A DNA stretch of 63,938 nt, filler included, from Reclinomonas americana ATCC 50394 (GCA_048213135.1; 6 parts of 2 records of this genome joined end to end with filler, not necessarily neighbours in it), one strand, 5' to 3'. Counted from the whole stretch's first letter, positions 1 to 12,434 are shown. The notes: generated by a model from the letters alone, not told the origin. A program made the numbers and translations.

Positions 1-221
1 GCACGAGCGCACACGCTGTGCATCGATGGCGATCACTGACGTCGGCGCCGACGCCGCAGCGACGAGGGCCTGCGCGCGATCGCTGTCGCTGGCGGACGCG
101 CACGCTGGCCAGCGAGTGAGGCGCAGCTCGCCGGCAAAGTCGGCCGACACCAACACATCGCCGCGACTGAGCCAGGCGAGAGCGCGCACCGAGGCCGCGT
201 GACCGCCGATCACGGCCACAA
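1..221 (-). CDS. WD40-repeat fragment, probably a flipped piece of the adjacent WD40 gene
   Basis: Minus frame is open and reads VAVIGGHAASVRALAWLSRGDVLVSADFAGELRLTRW, a typical WD40 blade. It is cut by the window edge and a gap. Confidence 0.65.
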
Positions 222-591
222 NNNNNNNNNNNNNNNNNNNNNNNNNNNNNNNNNNNNNNNNNNNNNNNNNNNNNNNNNNNNNNNNNNNNNNNNNNNNNNN
301 NNNNNNNNNNNNNNNNNNNNNNNNNNNNNNNNNNNNNNNNNNNNNNNNNNNNNNNNNNNNNNNNNNNNNNNNNNNNNNNNNNNNNNNNNNNNNNNNNNNN
401 NNNNNNNNNNNNNNNNNNNNNNNNNNNNNNNNNNNNNNNNNNNNNNNNNNNNNNNNNNNNNNNNNNNNNNNNNNNNNNNNNNNNNNNNNNNNNNNNNNNN
501 NNNNNNNNNNNNNNNNNNNNNNNNNNNNNNNNNNNNNNNNNNNNNNNNNNNNNNNNNNNNNNNNNNNNNNNNNNNNNNNNNNNNNNNNNNN

Positions 592-1543
592 GCCAATGTC
601 GACATGTTTGCGCTCGGCTGCACAGGTACGGCAGCGATTCCTTCTGTCTGTGTGTGTGTACACTGCACATGTGACTGACTCTCGTCCTCACCAGACGGCA
701 CTGTTTGCGTGATTGGCGTGGCGGACTCGGATCGCTCTCGGATGTACTCCCTCGGGCAGTTGTCTCACGTGCGACCGGTCAGCGATCTGGTGTTTGCGCC
801 CGACGGAGCGTCGCTGCTGGTCGGCACGCGTGGTGGCACCGTGCATGTGTACACGGTGGACAGCGAGACCATGCAGTGGCATGCCAGTGTGGAGATGAGC
901 ACGAGTCTGCTCGGCTCGAGTGTCACCAGCATGTCGTGTGTGTGGCGGCAGCAGCAGCAGCAAATGGTGCTGGTGGCGATGCTGCCGCCGAGTGGATTCA
1001 TGGCCAGTTGGAAGAGGTCGCAGGAGGAGGGCACATGGACGGGTGCCGTGGAGAGTGTTGTGTTGGGCACGACGGTGTGCGCGTTGCATCCGGAGACACC
1101 CGTGCTGCTGACGGTCGCGGCGAGCGGCGATGTGTGTTGGTGGGCCAACGACGACCCGCAAGCACGCAGACCCCAGGAGCGCACCAAGACGGTTCGCGGG
1201 GTCAACCGGTGCGCGTGGAGTGCCGACGGCACGTACGTGGCGGTCGGTGGTGTCTCCGGCGAAGTGGTGATGTGGGTCGACTGGGCAGGTGAGTGAGTCC
1301 GGCTCTTGCGTGGCGAGCCAAGGCCCTGATGACCTTTGCACAGCCGCCCTGGTGGCGGAGATGAAGCGCGTGCAGTACGCGTTTGCCTTGTGCGAAGGCG
1401 GCGACGGCAGTCGGCTACCACTCGGTGCCGCCGTGCTGCATGTTGTGTTTGAGCACTGCCGGCTGCTGGTGAGCCAGGCAGAGCGCAGGAAAAAGGAGCG
1501 AGAAGAGGCGCGTGAAACAATCGACCTGACCGAGGACGACTAA
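592..1543 (+). CDS. Divergent WD40 beta-propeller protein, 3' part, 2 introns
   Basis: Blades VSDLVFAPDGASLLVGTRGGTVHVY and VNRCAWSADGTYVAVGGVSGEVVMW. GT-AG introns at ~626-693 and ~1289-1343. Ends ...RETIDLTEDD-TAA. Confidence 0.75.
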
Positions 1544-1662
1544 TGGGCTGACGGGTAATGAAAAATAACACATGTTCGCTGTTTATCTCTCTCTCTTCTC
1601 TCCCTCTACGCAAAAAAAGAAGAGCACATGCATGCACGACGCACAAAAGCAGGCCACTCTCC

Positions 1663-3569
1663 TCACTTGGCAACGTAGTGCTGAGCACAAAATTCCGCAA
1701 TGCGCCTGCACGCCTCCCGCAGCCGATCGGGCGGCGGACATGTGACCAGACGAATGAAGTTCGGCGAGCGGAAGCAGCTGCCAGGCAGCACAAAAACGCT
1801 CTGTTCACACAGCAATCGCTGCGCAAAGGACACATCGCTCGCCACGTCGGCGTCGAACTTGTCCACGTCCACGCCCACCTGGTCAGCGCAAGTCAGAGAC
1901 AGGGAGGGAATACGAGTGCGAGGAAAAACCAAACAAACACCCGCCAAACCATCATGTACATGGCGCCGCGTGGCCGAATGGGTCTGAGGCCGGGAATATC
2001 GGACAGCCCCTCCATCAGCACACGTGCGTTCTCCTCCAGCGTGCGCAACAGGTCGTCGTAGAATGTCGTCGGAGTGTGATGCAAAATCTCGTCCAGTGCG
2101 CCTTGCACCAGCGACGACGAACCCAAAATCAGCGTCGACAGTCGCAACAGGCCCTCTCGTACCTAACACACAAGCATGCCAGGCAGAGATAATGAGTTGC
2201 CACGGAGGGGAGAAAGAAAGGTGACAAATTTCCGTTCGGAAATCGATCACATGGAAAAACTAATGCGTGCGTGTGTGCGTGAGTGTGCTAGGTGGCTTGT
2301 GTGGTTGGGCGTGGCAGAGAGGTGTGGAAAGAGACAAGAAAGTCTTCTGATAAAAAGAAAAAATCAAAAAAAGATGTGCCCACAGTGTGGATTGAACACA
2401 CGACCTTCGCATTACAAGTGCGACGCACTACCACTGTGCTATATGGGCTCACGCGTACGGAAGACTCACCTGTCGAAGCACGCCGTTGCGGTCGTGAATG
2501 AGGATCCAACCCAGTCGCCAGCCCGGCACCAGGTACTGCTTGGCGAGGCCGCCGACGGCCAACACCGGCACGGTCTCGGTGAGCGACGCCACCGGGATGA
2601 ACTCGGCGCCGTCAAACGCCATATTGGCGTAGATCTCGTCGGAGATCAAGGGCAGTCGCAGGTCCTCGGCCACGCGCAGAATGCTCAGCAGGTGCTCCCG
2701 CGAGTACACGGAGCCGCACGGATTCGACGGGTTGTTGATGAGAATGGCGCGCGTGTTACTATCCGCCAGCGTCCGCATGTGCTCCACATCGCACTCCCAG
2801 TCACGATCCGGCTGTTGCATGACGCGCGCCATGAGTGCCCCCACACGCTAACAACAACCTCCGCATGGACACACACACACACACACACCAGCAGTCGATA
2901 GTGTCGCACTCCGATGCCCTTGCTGTCGCAAATGGTCTGGTACAGCGAGAAGCCGGGCTCCGGAATGAGGATGTTCTCGCCCTCATTCGCCAGGCACGTG
3001 ATGAGCATCTCCAGTGCACCAGAGCACGCCGAGCACAGCACCACATCCTCGTGCGTCAGCGGCGAGGTTGGCGTCGCGTACTTGTCGGCCACGGCCTTTG
3101 TGTGTGCAAAGAAAGTTGAGCATTTTCGTGGGGGGTTGTCATGCACACGGTGTACCTTGCGTGCCGCGGCATAACCACACGAGTGCGGATAGCCATTGTA
3201 CTTGCCCGACTGCACCGAGCGCACAATGGCCTCTGTCACTGTGTCGTCGGTGCGCAGGTTGCCAAAGACAGTCGGGTCGCCTGTGTGTGTGCATCATGAG
3301 CAAAATTTGCCTCCCACACACACTCTGCTGCTGCTCTTTGTCTCTCCCTTGCACACTCGCACACACGCACCAATGGAGAGTGAGATCATGGGCTTGTCGG
3401 GGTGTGGGGTGATGGCCATCTGGTCGACGATGCGCCGAATCGGGTTTGACGTGCGCATGGAGGCGAGCGACGCTGGCACATGCCACTCCTCACCGCGACG
3501 ATGAGCCGTGGGTGCCGAGCTCGAGCCGCTGTCGGCCACGGCCGAGTCGTCATGTGCGTTCGCCGACAT
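1663..3569 (-). CDS. TAT: Tyrosine aminotransferase (class I PLP-dependent), multi-exon
   Basis: Motifs SNPIRRIVD, KPMISLSIGDPTVFGNL, SGKYNGY, INNPSNPCGSVYSREHL, ISDEIY, GGLAKQYLVPGWRLGW (PLP Lys), PRGAMYMM, EQSVFVLPGSCF. Exons are joined by GT-AG introns. Confidence 0.93.
2352..2372 (-). terminator. Oligo-T RNA polymerase III terminator of the tRNA
   Basis: A T7 run and further T5/T6 runs begin 5 nt after the tRNA 3' end on the minus strand. Confidence 0.75.
2377..2448 (-). tRNA. tRNA-Thr(UGU), nested in a TAT intron
   Basis: 72-nt cloverleaf GCCCATATAGCACAGTGGTAGTGCGTCGCACTTGTAATGCGAAGGTCGTGTGTTCAATCCACACTGTGGGCA. Acceptor stem GCCCATA/TGTGGGC, anticodon arm TCGCA-CTTGTAA-TGCGA, TTCAAT T-loop. 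Confidence 0.95.
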
Positions 3570-4087
3570 TCAACAAATATTCAAAGATTCGCGCTCCCGC
3601 CAAAACTGACCACAACGACCTCGCCGGGTGGCAGAGGAAGCGAGTGAACGGAAGTGTCTCCAAAGGTGGGAACGACCTCGACTACAGGTGGATCACCGAC
3701 TGCCGCGGGTTTCTTATCCACCAAGACACGGCATGGCACCACCGACCAGTTCGCCTGCTGGATCGCTTCAGCTGTTGTGCAGCTGCGCCTCGCTGCTGCC
3801 CGGAATTCACAGCGTGCGCTTCTACGACGACAACAGCTGCTGCACCACGCAGACTTCCCCGACCGTGCGATCGCTATGGCGTCTGTACAAGCAGAGCACG
3901 TGGCTGCAGACCACGTCATGCTGAGTCTCATCAACGGCAACGCCCAACACCAAGTGGTGGCACGTCCACCTGCACAAGTACAGCTGGGACGACGTGATGA
4001 CTGTGGCATGCGGCGCCCTGCTATCCTCGACAACAACACGAAACATGCAATACACTGCTGCGCTGTACACTCTGCGCGCGCGTGCAT

Positions 4088-4959
4088 TCAGCCTACCATC
4101 GATCGCTTGCGCCCGCGACTCCTCACATCCTCCAGCTTGCGCTCGACGGCGCGCCGCGCCGCTGCCGACCTCGTCTGCTGCTCCAGCGACACAAAGTACG
4201 ACTCGAGCAGTGGCGCCAGCAGCTGATCGGCGTTGGGGTGTGTACTGGCAAAGGCGCGCTCCAGCACGTACAGATCGACGGCCTTGTCTTCGTCGGTGCC
4301 GGCCTGCACCGAGCTCAAGCCGAAATCCAGCAGCACCAGCGCATCCTCCACCCGCTCACAGTCGTCGCGCACCATCACGTTGGAGGTGGTCAGATCGCCG
4401 TGAATGAAACCGGCGGCATGCAGCGTGGCCAGCACGGTGCCGAGTTGCCGACACAGGGCCTCACAGCGTTCCCTCGCACCTACTGCCACCTCATCCTCCT
4501 CCTCTCCACTCGCGTCCAGCAGCGTGCGCTTGAGTGTGCGGCCGGGAATGCGTTCCATGACAAAGCGCAGAGTCTCGGCGTCGGCGAACAGCAGAGCCGG
4601 CGACTGCACTCCCAGCGAGCGGCATCGCACAAGGCCGCGACACTCCTGCGTCCCATGCATGCATGTGTGAGTGTGTGTGAGAGAGAGTGTGTGTGCGTGT
4701 GAGGGATGATGTGTGTGCGTACCGCTGCGAATCGCCGACTGTTGAGCTTGGCATCGAGATCAGGGTGGCGGTAGGCCTTCGCAAAGCGCTCCTTGACCAT
4801 GCAGGGCACACCGAAAAAGGTGCCCGAGTACAGACGCTGAGACACACACATGCATAGATGAATAACACACACACTTCTCCTCTCCGACTGTCATGGCAAC
4901 GCAACAGCCTCTGCGCCTTGCGCCACGAGTTCTAGTTGTGCCAGCTCGGCGGCACTCAT
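4088..4959 (-). CDS. TP53RK: Bud32/TP53RK (PRPK) atypical kinase, KEOPS subunit; 3 exons
   Basis: QGAEA|RLY, VKERFAKAYRHPDLD, IHGDLTTSNVM, LLDFGLS, EDKAVDLYVLERAF, C-terminal VRSRGRKRSMVG. Confidence 0.95.
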
Positions 4960-4989
4960 CGTGTGACCTTGTATGTGTTCATCTTTCAT

Positions 4990-7116
4990 TCATTCGTCGG
5001 GCTTCCAATCGTCTCGCCAGTCGCCCTTCAGGTAGGAAACACTCCTCCGGCCACTGTCGACGACACACCCATCGCGTCGTCTTCCCTCCCGCGTTTCCCA
5101 GCTGATAAACTCGGCGTGCCGAGTCACCATGGCCTCCAGTACCAGCAGCGGGAGTGAATCGTGTAGGGGTGGGAAGCAGTCGGCAGCCGTCAAGGAACCG
5201 GAGCCTTCCAGCGAACTGTGCGTGCCTGGGCTTGGCGAAAAGATGTAGCTCGTGGTGTGGCCGAGTTGGGACGTTGCAGATGGCACAGGCGAGGGTGTGG
5301 TAATCACTGGCGACAGGAGGCCGGCGAGGCTCTCGCGGGCGCTGAGTGCCACACGGTCCGACCGGCGGCGGCGATTGCGTGGCGTCGTCGGAGCCGCCAG
5401 CTGCGCCCACATGCTCTCGTGCAGCTGCCGTACAATGTACGACACCACACGACCGGTGACGGCCTCCCGGTCGGCACACCACTCTGCAAAAGCAAAAAGA
5501 CGATCCTCAGTTGTCTTTGATCTACGGTCTTCCCCCTCCCCCCCGCCCCCCTGACCCCCGACACAAACATGGACTCACGTGTATCGTGGGCCTCGTACAG
5601 GCGAACCACGCCATTCTTCTGCGCCGCCGCAAAGACGAGGCCGTCGGGCGCGGCAACAACGGNNNNNNNNNNNNNNNNNNNNNNNNNNNNNNNNNNNNNN
5701 NNNNNNTTAATTAATTAANNNNNNNNNNNNNNNNNNNNNNNNNNNNNNNNNNNNNNNNNNNNACAGCAGCGGAGCACGGGCATCGGCAATAATCTGCAGA
5801 CACGACAGCGCGTCGTCGTGGCGCCACAAACGGACTGTGGAGTCGGTCGACGAACTCAGCAGCATGATGCCACCGGCCAGCCACGCCACAGCCGTCACGG
5901 AGCTGGTGTGATTTGCCGTGCTCTCGCGCCTGCTTTGCGTTTGAATGTCGATTACACCAATGCGCCACGAGGCCGAGCTGGCCACAGCCACCGTGCGGCC
6001 GTCGGGGCTCAGTGCACAGCACGAGCAAATGGCCGGCGCATTCCCATCGGCAACCAACTCTGGCTGCTGATCCCCCGTCACACCCTCGATGAATTCGGTG
6101 CTGTCATAGAAACGCCACACTTGATATCGCTGCGAGGTGGCCGACGCCGCAAAGAGCACACAGCCNNNNNNNNNNNNNNNNNNNNNNNNNNNNNNNNNNN
6201 NNNNNNNNNNNNNNNNNNNNNNNNNNNNNNNNNNNNNNNNNNNNNNNNNNNNNNNNNNNNNNNNNNNNNNNNNNNNNNNNNNNNNNNNNNNNNNNNNNNN
6301 NNNNNNNNNNNNNNNNNNNNNNNNNNNNNNNNNNNNNNNNNNNNNNNNNNNNNNNNNNNNNNNNNNNNNNNNNNNNNNNNNNNNNNNNNNNNNNNNNNNN
6401 NNNNNNNNNNNNNNNNNNNNNNNATCTTCCGATAGTGAGAGGATGTGAGCGATGCCCAGTGCTTGGCTGGTCGGCAGCACGTGCAGGTGACGCACGACCG
6501 ACACCAGACTGTCGTCGCTATCCGACAGGTCGTCGGCGTTGCGCAGCTCGTACACCTGAATGTCGGCCCATGGTGGAGCCGTCACGAGACGCACAGACGA
6601 CACCGCCACTGGCCACACACTGCTGGCCTCGGCCAGTGACGAGCTGCCGAGGTACTTGATGGGCGCTGTGCGATACAATCAGACCACATGCACAGTGGGG
6701 TCCGAGGCGCGCGCTCTCTCACCTCCGCCCTGGTTGAAACGCTGCACGCAGTCGCCCGTGCGCACATCGCTCAGCACCACCGAGCCGCACTTGCCGGTGG
6801 TGACCACGGTGGCACTGCGCGGACAAGGGGCGAGTGCACTCACCGGTCGTCTGTACTGCGGCGCAAACGAGAGCAGGCCGGTGGTGACACCAGGCAGTTG
6901 AGCATTCGCACTGGCCAGCATCACGTGCTCCTCTGGGGAGCACACCAGAGCGGCGGGCAGCTCGACAGCGTGCACCTGCCCGGTGCTCGTCCCCACGGCC
7001 AGCATGCGCGGTATTCCGCACGAGTTCAGCGGTGTCTCCACCAGCTGCAGGCATGTCACGTCTTGTGGTGCATCCACGGACAGCGTGATGGTCGCCAGTC
7101 GTCGCGCCGCGGCCAT
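4990..7116 (-). CDS. Divergent WD40 protein spanning two gaps
   Basis: Blades CALSPDGRTVAVASS and HTSSVTAVAWLAGGIMLLSSSTDSTVRLW. Frames join with zero missing bases across 6165-6423 (SLSED|GCVLF) and 5663-5762 (APLL-T|CC-VVAAPDG). Two short introns. Confidence 0.75.
5663..5762. other. Artificial scaffold linker N44-TTAATTAATTAA-N44
   Basis: Exactly 100 nt with stops in all six frames. The same linker occurs five times in the window. Confidence 0.97.
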
Positions 7117-7214
7117 CTGCTCTCTCTTTTCTCTCTTCCGGCGTGTTCACGAAAAATCCTGTCAATGCATTTCGAATCCGGCGAGGACAACAACCAACAT
7201 CGCGAAACGTTTCA

Positions 7215-10012
7215 CTATGCCGCGACTACGGGCGACAAAACTAATGGGTACGCGGCGCGCTTATCGGATTCGTCGATCTCGGGAGCGTGCCTTGTTGTTG
7301 TGTGATCCAGCTGCTCCTCCTGATTGTGGGTGGCGGACGAAGTCGACCACACGCCAATGCGCTCGCCAACCGTGCGCGAGAGGCGAATGCTGAACGATTC
7401 GCGCAGACGGACCAGGTGCGAGCCGGCCGTCACGCCCATCACCACGGCGTCGCCGGTGCCGTCCCACAGCTGATTGAGGGAGAGCCAGTCGGTGACTGAA
7501 GTGGTAAGCGGTCGGCGTGTCGGGCACCGTGCCTCGGCCACCGCGGACATGTTGTGCACCTCGAGCGCCGCCCATCGATCGGCGCGGCGTTCCGGATCCA
7601 CAAACGTGTATTCGCACAGCAATGCCAGCACCGTGCGCAGCATGGCAAACGAGTGGCATGGCGGCTGATCAAAAACAACGGTCAGCGTCTGTGGCGCGCG
7701 CGAAATGCCGCGCCACTGCTCGTCGCTGCAGCGCTGCACCAATGCCAACAAGTCCACCAGTGCGCCACTCTGTGAACACACACACACACACTCGTCGGTT
7801 ACCGGCGCATGCGACAAGCACCAACAGGCACAAGGACCGACCTTGGCCGCCTCCAGATACAGCTGTCGTGCGCGCTGTGGATTGTTGAGGAAGCAATTGA
7901 TGAGGGCGTGGTAGATGCGGCTGTCGGCCGTGATATCCTCGCGCTTCAACATCTCCTCGTAGATTCGCAGTGCCTGCAGATCACGAATGAGGGACAGTTT
8001 TGCGAAACGACCGAGAAAAAATACGCACGCAACTCCCGAGGTGTCGCCATTCCACACCAGCATGTTCATGCCGGCCCAGATAATGGTTCGAATGTGATCC
8101 GTCAGGTGCGCGTCGGCTGGCAGCAAGCGGTGCTGATTCGGTGGCGTGGAACCCGTGAGCCACGACAGAACGCGCGTGGAGCGCGACTGTGCGGGCGAGC
8201 GCGTGAATCGCATGCTGGCGCGTTTGAAAATGTGCATGCTGCGACTGGTCTCGCCGACGCGTGCACACGCATCCATCAGGCTTGCATAGGCCAACGCACT
8301 CGGTCGCTTCAACTGCAGGAAGGCCGCGAATGCGCCATTCAAGTGCAGTACAGCCCCACAGCCGAGAATTCGCGCCTGCACAAAACCATCCATTGTGTTA
8401 GCGCCACATGAGTGGGGGTGTGTGCATGTGCGCTGTGTACACGCACCACCACCAGCGATTCAGGAACATTGTGCACGCCGAGGCGTTGCTGGATGAGTTC
8501 CCACACCATGTCGAGGTGCGTGCGGTCTTGCAACTTGCGGCACGCATTGAGGGCGGCACGATACGGCGAGTCGTCAGCAGGTCGGCCCAGTGCATCGTGC
8601 ATCTGCACCCCGTCCCGTGTCAGGCAATGCGCTCTCTTCACGCGTTATACTTGTCACTCACCAGTCGCATGTATCCGATGATCTCACGGGGCTCCTTGGC
8701 GGCGTGACACGCCTTGATCATCGAGCCAAACGAGACGGTGTTGGGTTCGATCGCGTGTGCCGGCATCATCGTGTGGAACACGTACTTGGCGGCTGTTAGG
8801 TCGCCAGCCTCGGCACACACGTCGAGCAGCACGTTGAATGAGACCAGCTCGGGTGTAACACCAAAGTCCTTCATACCTACAAACGTGGCGAACGTGAGAT
8901 ACATTGCGTCGACGCCCGACAACAACAAGCACACACACACACCCTCCATGAGCTCCATGGCCTCCTTGACGCATCCGCCCTCTCGCAGTCCATTCAGTGC
9001 TTTGATGTGCAGATGCACGTCGAGCTGTACGCCGTCGGCTCGCGCCTCACGCAGCAACTGCGGTACGACGTCCGGTCGTCTGCACTCTCAACAGTCAGTC
9101 ACACCGGTCTCTCTCCTTCACACTCCGCCACACCCCGCAACTTGAGCTTCCGACACATCCAGAACAGCGACTTGTACGTGTATTCGCTCGGCGTGACCCG
9201 CTCCTGCCGCATCTTGCGCAACAGGGCCAGGGCGGTGGCCGGGTCTCGATCGCGATTCCACAGCGCGTCGAGCGCCATGTTGTACGAGGCCACATTTGGT
9301 GTGCAGCCGGCATCGCGCAACTCCCGAAACACCGCCAACACTCCGCTCCAGTTCCCCGACCGCAAATGGGCCGAGGCGGCTGCGTTGAACATGTACGTGG
9401 CGCGCCGCAGGTCCGGCAGCCGGCTGTCCACCTCACCACCATTCTGCGTCCTGCTCTCCGCCGTGCGCTCCATCACCAATCGATACACACTCAACACGTC
9501 GCCGTGTCGCCCCGCCGAGTTCAACCGGTTCATCAGCACGCCACACATCTCCGCAGACACTACCGTCAGCGACGAAGACGACGAGGCACCTGCAAGCGGA
9601 GAAGCGGCGATGAGTGCCCAAAAAGTGACATTCTCTTGCTTCTGTTCAACACTGCGCAACTCTGCCGACCGCTCAGCGCGGCCTTTAGCATCCCCAACGC
9701 GCGATCCACAGGCATGGACTCGACGTCCATCTGCGACGTCTCTTGCTGCTGTTGTGTGTGCGGCGGTTGCGAGCGGTGACGCAGTGATGGGAAGCGAGGC
9801 AACACTGATGATGATGGTGATGCAGGTGACGATGAAGGCGGAGATGATGAGCGGCGAAAGATGGAGGCGCTACTTGACTGCTGCGGTGGTTGTGATGACA
9901 ACTGTGACGAGGATGACATGGAGGAGGAGGAGCGAGCGAGTTGTGCTGATGCACTGCTCAGCCACTGCGGTCGCACGAGCAGTAGTCTTCTCCATGCAAC
10001 ACATGGCAGCAT
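7215..10012 (-). CDS. Pentatricopeptide-repeat (PPR) protein, probably mitochondrial; multi-exon
   Basis: 35-aa PPR motifs CTPNVASYNMALDALW, VTPSEYTYKSL, VTPELVSFNVLLDVCAEAGD, IEPNTVSFGSMIKAC, IYHALINCF. The N-terminus MLPCVAWRRLLLVRPQWLSSAS is R/S/L-rich and lacks acidic residues, like a targeting peptide. Confidence 0.88.
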
Positions 10013-10168
10013 GGTTCCCGAGAGTGGAATCTGCTCCGCTCGTTTGGTATGCAAGATGCGTGGGGACGACGGGACTCGCTGCGAAGATGCGGACACACCA
10101 ATTTCGTCACCCCGCGGATTTTCGCAATCTACATCATTGTACATATCACTCGCAAAAACCCCACCCAA

Positions 10169-10966
10169 TCACTCCGAGATCGTGCCTGGCGGGCCGAGCT
10201 TCGGCAAGTGCGTCATGACCGACTCGGCAATTCCCGTGCACTTGTCGACAATGCACTCGCGGAAATCGTGCGCGTGCGCCCCCACCACGTACTGCGTGAC
10301 AAAACTGTGCGATACAACACGACAAGGTGAGAGATTGAAATTGCGTTCGCCCCGAGAGTGAACGTGAAGACGACGACGACGCACCTGCACGGACGCACAC
10401 GCAGCGAGCCGTCGTTGCACGACCGAGAGAACTGCTCGCCGTCGGGCGACAGGCCGCGGGCGTTGACGAGAACTTCCTTGGCCTGTTGCCGACGCCCACT
10501 CTGCGCCTTCACGCGCCACCGCAGACAGGTGTTGTCGAGCGACCAGCTGACCACTGACTTGCCGTCGTCCACGGCCGTCAGCGCCAGCACCACATCGTCG
10601 TGATCGTGGAATACCGGGCGCACCAAGTCGCCAGTCACCGAACTCCACACGCGAGCGGTTCGATCGTCGGAGCCACTGGCCACTGTCACGCCGTCGGGGA
10701 AGAGCGCAACACAACGCACAGGGGCGGTGTGGCCGGAGAACTGCGAGATTTGGGCACGTGTCTCGAGGCACCACACACGCACGGTCGTATCGGCCGATCC
10801 ACTGACCACAAACCCACTGTAGCCGGTGAAAGCCACACAGGTGACGGCGTCGGTGTGGCCCACAAAGTGCGCAATCTGCTCACCCGTCGGCACCACCCAC
10901 ACCCGCACGGTGCGATCGGTCGACCCACTGGCCAACATCGGTGTGCACATGTCACTCTTCTCGGTG
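10169..10966 (-). CDS. NACHT-pentapeptide-WD40 gene, segment 5 (C-terminus)
   Basis: WD40 repeats such as GHTDAVTCVAFTGYSGFVVSGSADTTVRVW, one intron, end ...ECIVDKCTGIAESVMTHLPKLGPPGTISE*. Joins in frame to the end of 11056-12434. Confidence 0.85.
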
Positions 10967-11055
10967 NNNNNNNNNNNNNNNNNNNNNNNNNNNNNNNNNN
11001 NNNNNNNNNNNNNNNNNNNNNNNNNNNNNNNNNNNNNNNNNNNNNNNNNNNNNNN

Positions 11056-12434
11056 GCGCCATGCGGCGTCTGCTCGGTCGCCTTGTCCTCTGACGGAGCA
11101 CTGTTGGTAACTGGCATGGCTGAGCCGCACAAGGTCATTGTGTGGCGACGTGACACGTTTGAGATTGTTTGCCAGATGGAAGGGCACCGATCGGAGGTAT
11201 CCGGTGTGGCATTTGCGCTGAATGACTCAGTCGTTGTCAGTTGCAGTTACGACTACTCGGTCCGTGTTTGGAGTGGTGAAACTGGTGCGCAGTGCCTCTG
11301 CATTCGTGAACACACCGATTACGTTCGCGGCATGGCAGTGATGCGTGACGGCAAGACTGTGATCTCAGTTGGCGACGACTCGGTGATCCGGGTGTCGTCG
11401 GTCGAGGTCGGCAAGGAACTGCGAACCATCCCGATCGATGACGGATACCTGGAGGCCGTAGCAGTGTCGCCCGACGGCAGTCGATTCGTCGTCGGCGGTC
11501 GTTCGAAGACGGCCTGGGTGTTTGCATCCGACACGTTCGAAAAGCTGTTTACGCTGTCGGACCTGCACTCGGACTGGATCATGGCGCTGACATTTGTCGG
11601 CGACAACAAGCGTGTCATCAGCGCCTCTGACAATGGCGAGGTTCACATGTGGACGGTGAATGAGACAGCCTCCGGCGAGGATGTCATCAAGATCAACTGC
11701 AATCACGAAAGTCGAGGCCTTCGCCGACTGCACTACGACGCGAAGAAGCAGTACCTGGTGTCCGCTGGCAACAGCACACACGTCGTCATTACCGACATCT
11801 CCACCAACGACGAGGTCTCTCGATGCGAAGGCCACTCGGAGAGCGTCCGTGGCCTCTTTGTGATCGCCGACAACTCGTTCCAGCTGTTTTCGGCCAGCAC
11901 GGACGCCACCATTCGGGAGTGGTCGTTTGACCGTGGCAAGTTGACCGGTGTGCAAGAGCCGCAGGCTGGCCGGATCTTCCGTGCCGGCTTGTCTCCGGAC
12001 GGCGATCACGTTGTGGTGGTGGCCGGTCAGAAGTCTGTGTACGTGTGGTCGACGTTTACGGCGACCATGCACGAGTTGGTTGGCCTGGACGACTGGCCTC
12101 GCTGCGCCGCCGTGTCGCCCTACCGCTCACTCATCGCTTGTGGCGGTGACGACAAGACGGTGTGCGTGTGGCCGTGGCCGCCACCACCCGCACAGGACCG
12201 TGCGTACCGCCAGCTGCAGCACTCGGTTCGCCTGCGTGGTCACACGGACACAATTACTGCGGTGGCCTTCGCGCGCCACTCGCGCTGGCTAATGGCCAGT
12301 GGCTCGCGCGACAAGACGATTCGCCTGTGGCTACTGCCGCACACGCACACCAATGAGCTGATGCAAGACGAGGCACGACAAGTGCAGCAGCTGGACGGAC
12401 ATCGTGGCCACATCACCTCGCTCGATTTTTGCGG
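11056..12434 (+). CDS. NACHT-pentapeptide-WD40 gene, segment 4 (WD40 repeats; contig inverted)
   Basis: Uninterrupted ORF of ~10 WD40 repeats with no start or stop of its own. Confidence 0.85.

Noticed and set aside
2170..2350. snoRNA downstream of the intronic tRNA (hairpin GTGA..TTTCC-GAAC-GGAAA..TCAC)
   Set aside because: There is no convincing C/D or H/ACA box arrangement, only a single short hairpin.
3919..3924. Cys-TGA in a continuing plus frame as a selenoprotein CU motif
   Set aside because: The flanking translation matches no selenoprotein family I can support, and no SECIS is identifiable.
5707..5718. TTAATTAATTAA as a biological site (piggyBac TTAA target or recombination site)
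   Set aside because: It is always centred in exactly 44+44 N and encodes stops in all frames, so it is a synthetic spacer.
6679..6681. In-frame TGA between two collinear WD40 ORFs (alternative genetic code?)
   Set aside because: It lies in a 57-nt GT-AG intron. TGA, TAA and TAG all serve as normal stops elsewhere.
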